This document shows, in pieces, positions 1 to 9,052 of a stretch of DNA of 50,332 bases (position 1 is the stretch's first letter; every line of letters starts with the position of its first letter). Made by a program: the position numbers and the translations under genes. Origin of the DNA: a virus; the IMG/VR virus record IMGVR_UViG_3300042090_001664, positions 1 to 50,332 of that record. One strand, given 5' to 3'. The notes under the pieces were generated by a model, which was not told where the DNA came from, made no database searches, and was given only the letters and a program-made list of their open reading frames with translations.

Positions 1-278
1 CCGGAGAACAGGGCCAGCAGGAGGAGCAGCCCGGCGCGCCTGGCGCCTCGCCCTTCCCGCCGAAGCTAGGCGCCCGACCTGGCAAGCCGCCGCCCCCCGC
101 GCTCGTGCCGCGACCGGGTCGCCCGCCGGCGCTTCCGCCGAAGCCGATGCCGTCCCCGAAGGGACGCGCCGCGATTCTCGCCGCCAAGCGGCAGCCGCCC
201 GCGGCCGCACCCGCACCGGCCGCCCCGCCCCCGCCGCCTCCCGCGCGCGGCCGCGCCCCCGCCAAGACCGGAACCTGA
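1..278 (+). CDS. 3' end of an upstream gene with a Pro-rich tail, possibly the portal protein (partial)
   Basis: Frame is open from nt 3 (GEQGQQEEQPGAPGASPFPP...PAKTGT) to TGA at 276-278, 3 nt before the next ATG. Portal identity is from position only. Confidence 0.5.
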   Translation, partial: GEQGQQEEQPGAPGASPFPPKLGARPGKPPPPALVPRPGRPPALPPKPMPSPKGRAAILAAKRQPPAAAPAPAAPPPPPPARGRAPAKTGT

Positions 279-281
279 CCC

Positions 282-1223
282 ATGGCCGACGACGACGCGC
301 CCAGGCGCCTACGACGGTCCCCGGTCAAGCACTTCACCGACGACATCCGCCGCGCCGCGGTCGATGCGATCGATGCCGTGAGCATCGATGTCCAGACGCT
401 TCAGAGCCTCGTCTACGTTTCGCATCACCGATGCCGCGGTGACAAGGCGCACGCCCTGCATCGGCTCCTCGGTGAGTACGCCATCGCCCTCGTCGAGTAC
501 ACGGACGTCCTGACCGAGCTCGTGGAGCAGCTCGGCGGCGAGTCGAGCGGCACGGTCGAGGAGCTCGCCGACGGCACCCGGCTCGAGCCGTTCCCCAAGG
601 GAGTGGCAGACGGCCCCGAGATCGCCTGGCTCGTGCTCGACCGCAGCTCGGTCGTCCTGGCGTACGCGGAGCAGGCCATCTCGACCCTGCTCGGCCTCGG
701 CATGCAGGCTGCGGCGAACGACGTGATGACCGTGCAGAGCGGCATCCAGAAGTGGGCGTGGAAGGTCGGCGCCGGCCTGCCGCTCGAGGAGAACCTCGCC
801 CAGCAGGTCTACGAGCAGCTCGCGGAGGACTTCCCGTCCGAGGCGATCGACTGGGTCCTCCACGTGGACTGGGAAGGCCCGGTCGTCGTGCCGCTCGCCG
901 ACATCGACTCGAGCGGCCGCGACAAGTGGACCGCGACGCAGGAGCCGGAGCGCGTCCAGAAGTTCGTCGACGTCCTCAACGACGGCGGCAAGGTGAAGCC
1001 GCTCGTGCTCGTGCAACCGCCGGGCGACATGAAGGCGCTCGAGGATGGCCACCACCGCTACCTGGCGCTCGAGAAGGCGGGCCGGACCATGGGCATGGCG
1101 TACGTCGCCGCGGTCCCCAGCAAGAAGGGCCCGTGGAAGGACATGCACGCGCAGCAGAACCGCGGGCCGTCGAAGCAGGACGAAGCGCCCGTGAGCGAGC
1201 GCACCGCCGACCAGGGCAACTAG
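282..1223 (+). CDS. Dps/ferritin-like domain fused to a ParB/Srx-like domain
   Basis: N-half has exact Dps spacing H-x11-H-x14-D-x3-E (HHRCRGDKAHALHRLLGEYAIALVEYTDVLTE), plus EQLGG and KWAW. C-half has PLVLV...LEDGHHRYLA (ParB-N motif). Confidence 0.8.
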   Translation: MADDDAPRRLRRSPVKHFTDDIRRAAVDAIDAVSIDVQTLQSLVYVSHHRCRGDKAHALHRLLGEYAIALVEYTDVLTELVEQLGGESSGTVEELADGTRLEPFPKGVADGPEIAWLVLDRSSVVLAYAEQAISTLLGLGMQAAANDVMTVQSGIQKWAWKVGAGLPLEENLAQQVYEQLAEDFPSEAIDWVLHVDWEGPVVVPLADIDSSGRDKWTATQEPERVQKFVDVLNDGGKVKPLVLVQPPGDMKALEDGHHRYLALEKAGRTMGMAYVAAVPSKKGPWKDMHAQQNRGPSKQDEAPVSERTADQGN

Positions 1224-1236
1224 CCCGACAGATTCT

Positions 1237-1388
1237 CCGACCTCGGCAGGGGTCGGGCGAAAGCCTCCACCGAGCGCCGGCCGCGCGGAGGTTCAGCAGT
1301 ACGGCCGGAGGGCACCCGGGACCTACCCGGACAGGGTAGCGACGCACCCTCAGCGTCGCACTTCGCAACCGCGTACCCGTCGCGGTTG
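1237..1388 (+). promoter_or_regulatory. Structured leader (tandem hairpins) upstream of the scaffold gene
   Basis: Stems at 1237-1256, 1256-1265 (GAAA loop), 1323-1339, 1339-1359 and 1366-1388. Confidence 0.5.
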
Positions 1389-1399
1389 GCCGAGGCATC

Positions 1400-2320
1400 G
1401 TGAGCACCGAAAACGGACAGGGCGACGGCACCCAAAACGCCGCAGGCACCAAGGACGACAACGACAACAAGCCCATCGGGCTGAAGGATCTCGAGAGCAC
1501 GATCGGCAAGGTCTTCAACAAGGCCTGGAGCGACCGTGAGTCCCAGTCGGCAAAGGCCCGCGAGAAGGCTCGCGAGCAGCGAGAGACCGCACGCAGAGCG
1601 GAGCTCGAGCAGCGCGAGGAGGCGCTCCTCGGTCGCGTCACCCAGATGTTCGAGGAGAAGATGGGCGGGGTCGCGCAGACCATCGACCAGCGTCTCCGCG
1701 CGCTCGCTGGCGGTGGTGCGTCCGCAGGAACGCAAGGCGCCGCAGCTGGCGCCGGCGGAACCGCAGGTGGCGGCACCAGCGGCACCGGCCTCGCGGCCAC
1801 CGACCTCGCCGAGCTCATCGACAAGCATCCCGCGCTCGCGGAGCTGAAGCGAAAGCTCGAAGCAGCCGAGAAGACCGCGGGCAAGCTGAAGAGCGACGCG
1901 GACAACGAGAAGAAGCTGCGCGAGCTCGCACAAGAGCAGCAACGCGCCGAGCAGCTCGTGACCAAGGTCACGCAGTCGCTCACGGGCAAGGACGTCGGCG
2001 TCGCCGCCGACCGCGCCAAGGTCGCCATGACGTACCTCAAGTCGGAGGGGCGCCTCCGGTACGAGGACAACGGCAAGGGCACCGCCATCGTCTTCGTCAA
2101 GGAAGATGGCGAAGAGGTTCCGCTCCTCGAAGGACTCAAGGAGTGGGCGAAGTCGGACGAAGCGCAGATTTTCCTCCCCGCGAAGAACCCCGGCGGCAGC
2201 GGGGGCGGTCCGGCTCGCGCCCGGGCCGCAAGCCAAGCCGCCACGAACAAAGGTAACGCCGATCCCCTGCGAGCAGCAGTCACGGGCGGCATCGCAAAGC
2301 TCATCCTCGGCCGGAACTGA
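1400..2320 (+). CDS. Capsid scaffolding protein
   Basis: Charged coiled-coil protein with a Gly-rich linker and C-terminal FLPAKNPGGSGG; lies directly upstream of the capsid gene. Confidence 0.75.
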   Translation: MSTENGQGDGTQNAAGTKDDNDNKPIGLKDLESTIGKVFNKAWSDRESQSAKAREKAREQRETARRAELEQREEALLGRVTQMFEEKMGGVAQTIDQRLRALAGGGASAGTQGAAAGAGGTAGGGTSGTGLAATDLAELIDKHPALAELKRKLEAAEKTAGKLKSDADNEKKLRELAQEQQRAEQLVTKVTQSLTGKDVGVAADRAKVAMTYLKSEGRLRYEDNGKGTAIVFVKEDGEEVPLLEGLKEWAKSDEAQIFLPAKNPGGSGGGPARARAASQAATNKGNADPLRAAVTGGIAKLILGRN

Positions 2321-2353
2321 TCCGCGCCGGCCGGGTGAGGTCGGAGAGACACC

Positions 2354-3418
2354 ATGAGCAATGTCGAGACCCTCGCAGTCCTGTCCGCGGCCCTCAGCCA
2401 GCTGTTCGATCGCCAGCTGCGGTTCCAGTGGAACCGCCGAGTCCAGGCGCTCTCGGGCGTGCGGATCACGGAGGGCTTCGGCAAGAACGTCCCCTGGGAT
2501 GCGCAGTTCCCCACGTCGGAAACTCCGGCGGCGGCCTTCGCCCCCGGTTCCGACGTCGCCTCGACGGAGTTCACGACCGACCCCGAAGTCCCGGCGACCC
2601 TCTCGTGGGCCAACTACCGCGCCCCGACCAAGATCGAAGGCCTCGCGGTCGACGCCGCCGCGACGTCCGCGGGCAGCCCGGACATCATCATGAAGCTGTT
2701 CGACGCCAAGATCGGCGGCGCCATCACCCGCCTGATCAAGCTGCTCAACGACGACTTCTACACCGGCACCGGCACCGACGGGAACGGCAACCAGAACCTC
2801 GTCGGCATCTTCGGCGGCGCCCTCGAGCTCACCGGCTCCTACGCCGGCATCTCCCGCGGCACCTACCCCAGCTGGGCCGGCAACGTCCTCGGCAACAACG
2901 GCACCCCCCGCCCCCTGACGGACGACCTCCTCCGCCAGATGTGGAACAACATCCTCATCGCCTCCGGTCGCGAGCCGAACCGCATCCTCTGCTCGTACGG
3001 CATCCAGCGGAAGTACGCCTCGCTCTTCACGCCGCTCCAGCGCGTGCAGACCCAGGGCGCCATGCCCGACCAGCTCGCCATGGGCACCCAGAAGCTCCTC
3101 TGGAACAACATCCCCGTCGAGCCGGACATCTCCTGCCCCGCAGGCCACCTCGCGATGATCAACAGCGACACCATCGAGCTCGTGTCGCTCCCCCGCGCCA
3201 TCCCCGAGATGTTCGACATCCTCGGCTCCGACACGCAGGGCTTCGCCGGCAACGGCCTCGGCGCCGAAGACCAGCAACAGCAGGTCGCGCTCTCCCTGCG
3301 CGTCGAAATCCTCCCGAAGACCGGCGACGCGTACCCCGTCAACATCTTCGTGCGCACGCAGCTCAAGGTCGACCACCCGAACGCAAACGGGTACGCGCTC
3401 GATTTGAGCGAAACGTGA
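2354..3418 (+). CDS. Major capsid protein (HK97 fold)
   Basis: 354 aa, strongly biased codon usage, follows the scaffold; DDFYTGTG and NIPVEPD motifs; RBS GGAGAG. Confidence 0.8.
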   Translation: MSNVETLAVLSAALSQLFDRQLRFQWNRRVQALSGVRITEGFGKNVPWDAQFPTSETPAAAFAPGSDVASTEFTTDPEVPATLSWANYRAPTKIEGLAVDAAATSAGSPDIIMKLFDAKIGGAITRLIKLLNDDFYTGTGTDGNGNQNLVGIFGGALELTGSYAGISRGTYPSWAGNVLGNNGTPRPLTDDLLRQMWNNILIASGREPNRILCSYGIQRKYASLFTPLQRVQTQGAMPDQLAMGTQKLLWNNIPVEPDISCPAGHLAMINSDTIELVSLPRAIPEMFDILGSDTQGFAGNGLGAEDQQQQVALSLRVEILPKTGDAYPVNIFVRTQLKVDHPNANGYALDLSET

Positions 3419-3426
3419 GGGCTAAA

Positions 3427-3454
3427 GTGTGCCATCCCTCTAGGGATGGCACAC
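3427..3454. terminator. 13-bp perfect inverted repeat after the capsid gene (terminator or mRNA-stabilising hairpin)
   Basis: GTGTGCCATCCCT-CT-AGGGATGGCACAC; no U-tract on +, short T-run on -. Confidence 0.5.
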
Positions 3455-3566
3455 CAAAGCCGTCGAGGGCTGGCGCCGACAAGTGCTCGGCGCGGTGCCG
3501 GTCTCGCGCCTTCGAGGCGCGGCGGCGCGAGGCGGCGGCGGCGCAGGCAGAGGGCGCGCAGGTCGC

Positions 3567-4289
3567 ATGATCGCGCGCCCGACGAAACAACACTTCCAGG
3601 CGGGCGCCGCAATGGGCGAAGATGCCCGCGGCCGGCGCCTCAAGTCCGAGGCGCTCGCACAGAACAACGAGGCATCCGTGAGCACCATCGACTTCGACCC
3701 GACGAAGACCACGACCTGGCTGAACGATCACCCGACCGAGAAGGCGCGGCTGCGCATGTTCGTCGGTCCAGGGAAGCGGCACATGGCCTTCACCTGGGTG
3801 GAGTTCGAGCCCGGGGAGCGGAAGACCCTGCCGTCGGCGTGGGACCAGGCGATCCACACGACCGACCGGCTCGGGAACGTCATCGGCGGCATGGGGCCGA
3901 TGCTCAAGAAGGTCGGGCAGGACGGCCTGCCCATCACGGCGTCGGTGATGGCGAGCATCGTGCGCGCGGCGCAGGGCGGCGACAAGGAGCGAGCGTTCGC
4001 GACCGCTGGGATCGTCGGCGAGGCGGTGAACCTCGACAAGCTGGCCGAGCTCAACCACCGGGTCGACAAGCTCGTGGCGCAGAACGCGGAGCTCGAGAAG
4101 AAGGCGGCGGCCGCGGCGGCACCGAAGCCGGTCGACGAGAGCGAGAGCCTTCGCTCCAGGATCGCGGAGCTCGAGGCGAAGCTCGCCGCGGCGCCCGCGT
4201 CGGCGAGCGCCGTGCCTCCGTCGGCCGACCTCAAGCTCGAGGCGCCTGTAGCCCCAAAAGGCGCAGGCGGCGCTCCGCAGCGAGCGTAG
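3567..4289 (+). CDS. Hypothetical protein after the capsid gene (coiled-coil C-terminus)
   Basis: GC3-biased ORF; start uncertain (ATG at 3567 or 3612). Confidence 0.6.
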   Translation: MIARPTKQHFQAGAAMGEDARGRRLKSEALAQNNEASVSTIDFDPTKTTTWLNDHPTEKARLRMFVGPGKRHMAFTWVEFEPGERKTLPSAWDQAIHTTDRLGNVIGGMGPMLKKVGQDGLPITASVMASIVRAAQGGDKERAFATAGIVGEAVNLDKLAELNHRVDKLVAQNAELEKKAAAAAAPKPVDESESLRSRIAELEAKLAAAPASASAVPPSADLKLEAPVAPKGAGGAPQRA

Positions 4290-4368
4290 CCGTCGCCGAG
4301 ACACCTGACTCCGAAGCCGAGGACGAGGTCGCGCCCCCGGACACCTGACCCGCGCCGAGGAGTAGCCG

Positions 4369-4770
4369 ATGTCCCTGAGCTTTGCCCAGAAGGCATCGGT
4401 TCGCCGGTACCTCGGCTACTCGCTGCTCTACTCGCAGACCGACCCGGTGCTCGAGGGGCAGTTCCAGGCGCTCGACAACCTCCCTGACGCGGGCGCGACC
4501 GAAGCGCTCGTCATCCAGTACATCACCGCGCTCGACGCGATCTTCGCGGGGATGGACACGTTCCAGCCGGTCGCCGAGCTTGGGGCTGCGGACGACGCGA
4601 AGCAGATCGACGTCTACCGCGGCCTCATCACTAGGATCCGGCGCGGCAAGCAGTACGTCCAGGTGCTTTCGCAGGCGCTCAACATGCCGGTGCGCGCCGA
4701 CTGCTTCGGCGTGCCGAAGTACGACCCAAGTGCGGGGGCCTTCCCCGGTATGCGGCAGACCGCAAGCTGA
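4369..4770 (+). CDS. Putative head-tail connector/adaptor
   Basis: 133 aa helical protein beginning QKASVRRYLGY; RBS GAGGAG; position in the head-tail region. Confidence 0.55.
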   Translation: MSLSFAQKASVRRYLGYSLLYSQTDPVLEGQFQALDNLPDAGATEALVIQYITALDAIFAGMDTFQPVAELGAADDAKQIDVYRGLITRIRRGKQYVQVLSQALNMPVRADCFGVPKYDPSAGAFPGMRQTAS

Positions 4771-4827
4771 CCTCGATCAACGAGCGGCGCTCGAGCCGCC
4801 CTCTCCCCCCACCACGGAGCAACAGAC

Positions 4828-6948
4828 ATGGCCCTCTTCGTCAGGAACAACTCTTCGGCGTTCTTCGCGCTCGTCGCGGCCTACAACGCCAAGCAGCGCA
4901 CCGACGCGCGCGGTGACACCTCGAGCGGGCTCTTCGCCGACGGCTCCGACGGCGCGGCCACGATGGACGGCACGTCGACGGTCACCGGAGCCTCGAGCCT
5001 GTCGCTGGCGCCGACGAACGGCATCTACACGGCGACGAGGGACCTCAACTGGTCGACCCTCCAGGTCAACCCCGGCGTCGTGTTGAACATGGCCGGGTTC
5101 AAGCTCTTCGGGGCGACCCAGATCCAGAACGGGCTGGCGACCGCGGCGACGACGGCGATCGCGTCGGGGTCGAACAACCAGGCGCTCCCGCAGAGCACCA
5201 TCAACGTCGGCAGCACGACGGGCTTCCCGACCGCGGGCGCGGCGATGGTCGTCATCGGCGGCGTCCAGTGCGTGTTCCTATACACCGGCGGCGGCGGCGG
5301 CGGCACGAGCTTCACCGGGTGCACGATGCTCTCCGGCTCGCCGGTCGGCACGCTGCTCACGAACCAGGTCGTGACGGCCTGGGCGGTCATCCACAACGTC
5401 GGCAACGCGGGCCTCGTCGGCACGGCCGGTACCGGCGGCGCCGCAGGTGCCATCTCGGCGGCGGGCTCGACCGCGCAGGGCACGGCGGGCGGCGCGGGCG
5501 GCTCGGGCAACAACGTGGGGGCCGGTGGCACCAACCAGACCTCCGGCTTCCCCGGTGGCACCGGGGTCGGCGGCGCGGGCGGCGCGGCGACGAACGCCGG
5601 CGGTGCTGCGGGCACCTGGGCCGCGCTCGTCGCGACCAAGGGCGGCGCGCGCCACCTCTTCAACCTCGTCATGGGCGGCTGCTTCGGCACCAGCGCATGG
5701 TCGCCGTTCGCCGGCGGCTCTGGCGGAGGCGGCGGCGCGGGCGACAACGCGGACGCGGGCGGTGGCGGCGGCGGGGGCGGGGGCGGGGTGCTCATCATCG
5801 CGGCCTGGAACCTCATCAACTACGGCGGCATGTACGCCAACGGCGGCACTGGTGGCCCCGGCTTCAGCACCTCGCACGACGCCGGCGGTGGTGGCGGCGG
5901 CGGCGGCGGCGTGGCCATCACGGTGAGCCGCACGCGCTCGGGCACCGGCTCGGTGACCGCGGCGGGCGGGCCCGGCGGCGCGAAGGTCGGCACCGGCTCC
6001 GTCGGCAACCCGGGCACCGCAGGCGTCGTGCTCCAGACGGGTGTCGCGGGCTACTTCCACTTCGACCAGACGCCGGGCATCTTCCCGAGCGAGGTCAACT
6101 GGGAGACCCCGGTCGTCGTGCCGGCGCTCCAGATCAGCGCGGCCGCGCCGACGACGCTCGTGCAGGTCGTCGCGCTGGCGGAGCAGATCCGCGCGGTCCT
6201 GCTCACGCACATGGCGGATGCACCGAACGTGGGCCTCGCCGTGTCGCCGGGCGGCGCGCATGCGGTCGCCGACACGACCAACAACAGCGCGATCCAATAC
6301 TGGTCGCTCGCGCCGCTCCTCGCGCCGGCGGCCGGCACGCCGCTGCCCTCGAGCGTGCTCGGCACGGGCGCGACCTACGCCGCGGTCACCGCGGGCCACC
6401 AGCTCGTCGTGAACTTCGGCGGTGGGCAGCCCAACGTGACCTTCACGTTCGCCGGCACCGAGGCCACGCAGGCGGCCTTCCTCGCGGTGCTCAACAACGC
6501 GGAGGTCCCGCAGCTCGCGACCTCCGCGATCCCGTCGCGCGGGCCGATGCCGATCGGCCTCGCGCTCAACTCGGGTGGCCAGACCCTGCTGGTCGCGACC
6601 AACCCGACCGGCACGCCGGCGGTCATCGTGTCCGGCAACTCGGACGTGCTCGCGAGCCTCGGCCTCGCGGTCGGCGCCTTCACGCCGGTGGCGACCGTCA
6701 CGCAGCCCGCCACGCAGACGCAGGCGAACGCGTTGCTCAACGCGCTTCAGACCGCGCTGAACGCGCACCTCACGCAGCTCCAGTCGGCGACGGCGTGCCA
6801 CGTGCAGAACGACAACTCGAACACCTCGAGCGCGGCGGCCGCGTCGAGCCTCGGGACGAGCGAGACCCTCGCGAGCAACCTCCAGGCGTGCATCAACGCG
6901 CACATCCTGAGCGCCGCGCCGGACCCGCTCGTCCGCGTCATGACCTGA
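4828..6948 (+). CDS. Gly-rich virion protein (decoration or fibre-like)
   Basis: 706 aa with poly-Gly tracts, helical repeats ending in NAH/H, and a domain shared with the sheath. Confidence 0.65.
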   Translation: MALFVRNNSSAFFALVAAYNAKQRTDARGDTSSGLFADGSDGAATMDGTSTVTGASSLSLAPTNGIYTATRDLNWSTLQVNPGVVLNMAGFKLFGATQIQNGLATAATTAIASGSNNQALPQSTINVGSTTGFPTAGAAMVVIGGVQCVFLYTGGGGGGTSFTGCTMLSGSPVGTLLTNQVVTAWAVIHNVGNAGLVGTAGTGGAAGAISAAGSTAQGTAGGAGGSGNNVGAGGTNQTSGFPGGTGVGGAGGAATNAGGAAGTWAALVATKGGARHLFNLVMGGCFGTSAWSPFAGGSGGGGGAGDNADAGGGGGGGGGGVLIIAAWNLINYGGMYANGGTGGPGFSTSHDAGGGGGGGGGVAITVSRTRSGTGSVTAAGGPGGAKVGTGSVGNPGTAGVVLQTGVAGYFHFDQTPGIFPSEVNWETPVVVPALQISAAAPTTLVQVVALAEQIRAVLLTHMADAPNVGLAVSPGGAHAVADTTNNSAIQYWSLAPLLAPAAGTPLPSSVLGTGATYAAVTAGHQLVVNFGGGQPNVTFTFAGTEATQAAFLAVLNNAEVPQLATSAIPSRGPMPIGLALNSGGQTLLVATNPTGTPAVIVSGNSDVLASLGLAVGAFTPVATVTQPATQTQANALLNALQTALNAHLTQLQSATACHVQNDNSNTSSAAAASSLGTSETLASNLQACINAHILSAAPDPLVRVMT

Positions 6949-6955
6949 GCGTCCC

Positions 6956-7444
6956 ATGGCCGGCTCGTCTGGTCTCGCGACCCCCCCGCTGCTCCCCGCG
7001 CTGTCGCTGGTGCGGGCGACAGCGGGGTTCCTCGGGATGAACCAGGTCTCGGTCACGCTCACGAGCTGGGTCTGGACCGCGGCCGACGGCCGCAACGACA
7101 TCGGAACCGGGACGCCAACGCCGAACGCGAGCCTGCCGATCGGGGATGTCTTCCCGGGGAGCGGCCTTCAGAACCCGAAGGTGATCGGAACGAGCGGCGA
7201 CCCGGAGGTCACCATCGACCTGATCACGCCCGCGTATTACGCGGCCGATGGCGTGACACAGCTGGGAGGCTTCACGCCCGACCAGCTGAACCCGCTCGAC
7301 TCCCCGGGCCTTGAGTACCTGTACGTGCTCGGCTGGCCCCAGGGCCCTCGGAACTACGCGCTCAGCGCGCGCGGGGTCGAGTTCCACCGGCCCATGCACT
7401 ACACGCTCCACCTCATCGCCGTGGATCGCGCAGTTCCGTTTTGA
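6956..7444 (+). CDS. Putative head-closure/head-tail joining protein
   Basis: 162 aa, beta-rich; position in the head-tail module. Confidence 0.45.
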   Translation: MAGSSGLATPPLLPALSLVRATAGFLGMNQVSVTLTSWVWTAADGRNDIGTGTPTPNASLPIGDVFPGSGLQNPKVIGTSGDPEVTIDLITPAYYAADGVTQLGGFTPDQLNPLDSPGLEYLYVLGWPQGPRNYALSARGVEFHRPMHYTLHLIAVDRAVPF

Positions 7445-7447
7445 CCG

Positions 7448-7846
7448 ATGGGCCCACGGATCGTCATCTGTGGCGGCCCGAAGACCGGCAAGACGACCCT
7501 CGCCGGCAAGGTGGCGCACCGCATCCGCGCGCGCGAGGTGCGCCACACCGACGAGCTCATCGGTGTCCTGCCCTGGTCGGAGGATTCGGAGGAGGTCGCG
7601 CGATGGTTCTCCATCCCTGGCCCGTGGATCGTCGAAGGGGTCGCCGCCGTGCGCGCGCTCCGGAAGTGGCTCGCAAGCCATCCCGAAGGCGCCCCGTGCG
7701 ACCTCGTGTGCTGGCTCTCTGAACCGAAGGTCCCGCGCACGCCCGGACAGGAGCGCCTAGCCAAAGGGACGGCGACCGTCTGGGCAGGCACCGAGCAGGG
7801 TCTCCGTAACCGCGGCGTCATCATCGTCGAGAACGGGGAGCTCTGA
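7448..7846 (+). CDS. Small P-loop NTPase (adenylate/nucleoside-kinase-like)
   Basis: RIVICGGPKTGKTT Walker A, HTD, WIVEG. Confidence 0.75.
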   Translation: MGPRIVICGGPKTGKTTLAGKVAHRIRAREVRHTDELIGVLPWSEDSEEVARWFSIPGPWIVEGVAAVRALRKWLASHPEGAPCDLVCWLSEPKVPRTPGQERLAKGTATVWAGTEQGLRNRGVIIVENGEL

Positions 7847-8826
7847 TGCCGAGTCCGGACGCAGCGGTTGGCCTGGTCCAGTACCCGCTCGCGCCGGGAG
7901 CGACCGACTCCGCGATCGGCGACCCGCTGCTCGAGGGGCTGGCGAGCTGGTTTCAGGTCTGGCTGAACCAGGACCTCAACCCGAAGCTCCAGAACATCAA
8001 CGGCATGACCGGCGCGATGGCCGTCACGCCGGGGAACGTCTTCTACTGGAACCCATTCGCGCGGCCGCATGCGATGTTCCTGCGCGGCAAGCAGGACGGC
8101 AAGGCGACCGCCGGACTGCCCGTCTGGGCGCCGCTCACCAACTTCCTGACCGGGACGATCGCGACGCTCGGCGCGAGCCTCGTCCTCTGCACCGAGGGCG
8201 GCGAGACCGGAGCCAGCGGCACGGCGCCGAGCCTTCAGACGAACACGCAGGTGTCGGGGGCGACGACGTGGGCGTACCTCGGACCGATCAGCGCGGGCGT
8301 CCCCAAGGTGCCGGCGCTCTTTCTCTGGCGCGACGGGTCGAAGCCGGGGAGCTTCAGCACGCTCCTCGACATCCGCGAGACCCAGGTGAAGGTCGCCTGG
8401 GTCTGGAACAGCCTGCTCTTGCCGGGGACGTGGACGGACCGCTACGGGATCTACACCCAGGTCGACGCGAGCCTCCAACGCGCGATGTCGATCGGGCATC
8501 ACCCGAACGTGCAGGCGGACTCATCGATCGCGGTGCTCCTCGGGCTCGCGAAGGACGGGATCTGGATCACGAAGAGCGAGTACCTGCTCATCGGGCCGAT
8601 CGTCTCGCCGGGCGGACCGGCGGACCAGCCGATCACGAGGGGGTTCCCGGCGGTGGTCATCACGATGACCGCGCAGGAGGGGATCCAGCTCCCGACGAAC
8701 CTGCCGAGCGAGCAGCCGGCCGACCTCCAGCTCGGGATCAACGTGGTCGACGACACCGACCCGCGCGGGCCGCTCACCGTGCTCAACGAAGTGGTGCCAG
8801 CAGGACCCTATGCCGACGACACCTAG
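7846..8826 (+). CDS. Putative tail terminator/completion protein with an inserted Trp/Gly module
   Basis: Coupled to the upstream gene by TGATG; position upstream of the sheath; PALFLWR motif. Confidence 0.45.
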   Translation: MPSPDAAVGLVQYPLAPGATDSAIGDPLLEGLASWFQVWLNQDLNPKLQNINGMTGAMAVTPGNVFYWNPFARPHAMFLRGKQDGKATAGLPVWAPLTNFLTGTIATLGASLVLCTEGGETGASGTAPSLQTNTQVSGATTWAYLGPISAGVPKVPALFLWRDGSKPGSFSTLLDIRETQVKVAWVWNSLLLPGTWTDRYGIYTQVDASLQRAMSIGHHPNVQADSSIAVLLGLAKDGIWITKSEYLLIGPIVSPGGPADQPITRGFPAVVITMTAQEGIQLPTNLPSEQPADLQLGINVVDDTDPRGPLTVLNEVVPAGPYADDT

Positions 8827-9049
8827 CCTCCTGCTCCTCGCGATCGCGCTGGCCGGATGCGGCGCGGTCGTCGAGGACGCGCCAACCTGCGCGGACGTCT
8901 GCGCGCGCGTGGCGGAGCTCGGGTGCGCGGTGACCCCGGCGCCGCCGTCGTGCACCGACCGATGCACGGCGATCGCGTCGGCCATCCCGCTCGAGGTGAT
9001 GACCTGCATGGCGTCGGCGGCGAGCTGCTCCGACTTCGACGGCTGCTGA
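8810..9049 (+). CDS. Small Cys-rich lipoprotein
   Basis: Hydrophobic stretch plus lipobox LAGC; 8 further Cys; paralog of 35080-35394. Confidence 0.7.
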   Translation: MPTTPSLLLLAIALAGCGAVVEDAPTCADVCARVAELGCAVTPAPPSCTDRCTAIASAIPLEVMTCMASAASCSDFDGC

Positions 9050-9052
9050 ACG

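Noticed and set aside
1453-1462. Extra GGACGACA motif
   Set aside because: Lies inside the scaffold coding sequence (KDDN) with no promoter or hairpin context.
976-3376. Long antisense and alternate-frame ORFs here and throughout (e.g. 5278-7101, 19713-21926, 38909-40984)
   Set aside because: Arg/Pro/Ala-rich shadow frames expected at high GC, overlapping better-supported genes.
5280-5990. GGC-rich tracts as DNA repeats or PE-PGRS
   Set aside because: They are poly-Gly codons inside a virion protein; there is no PE domain.
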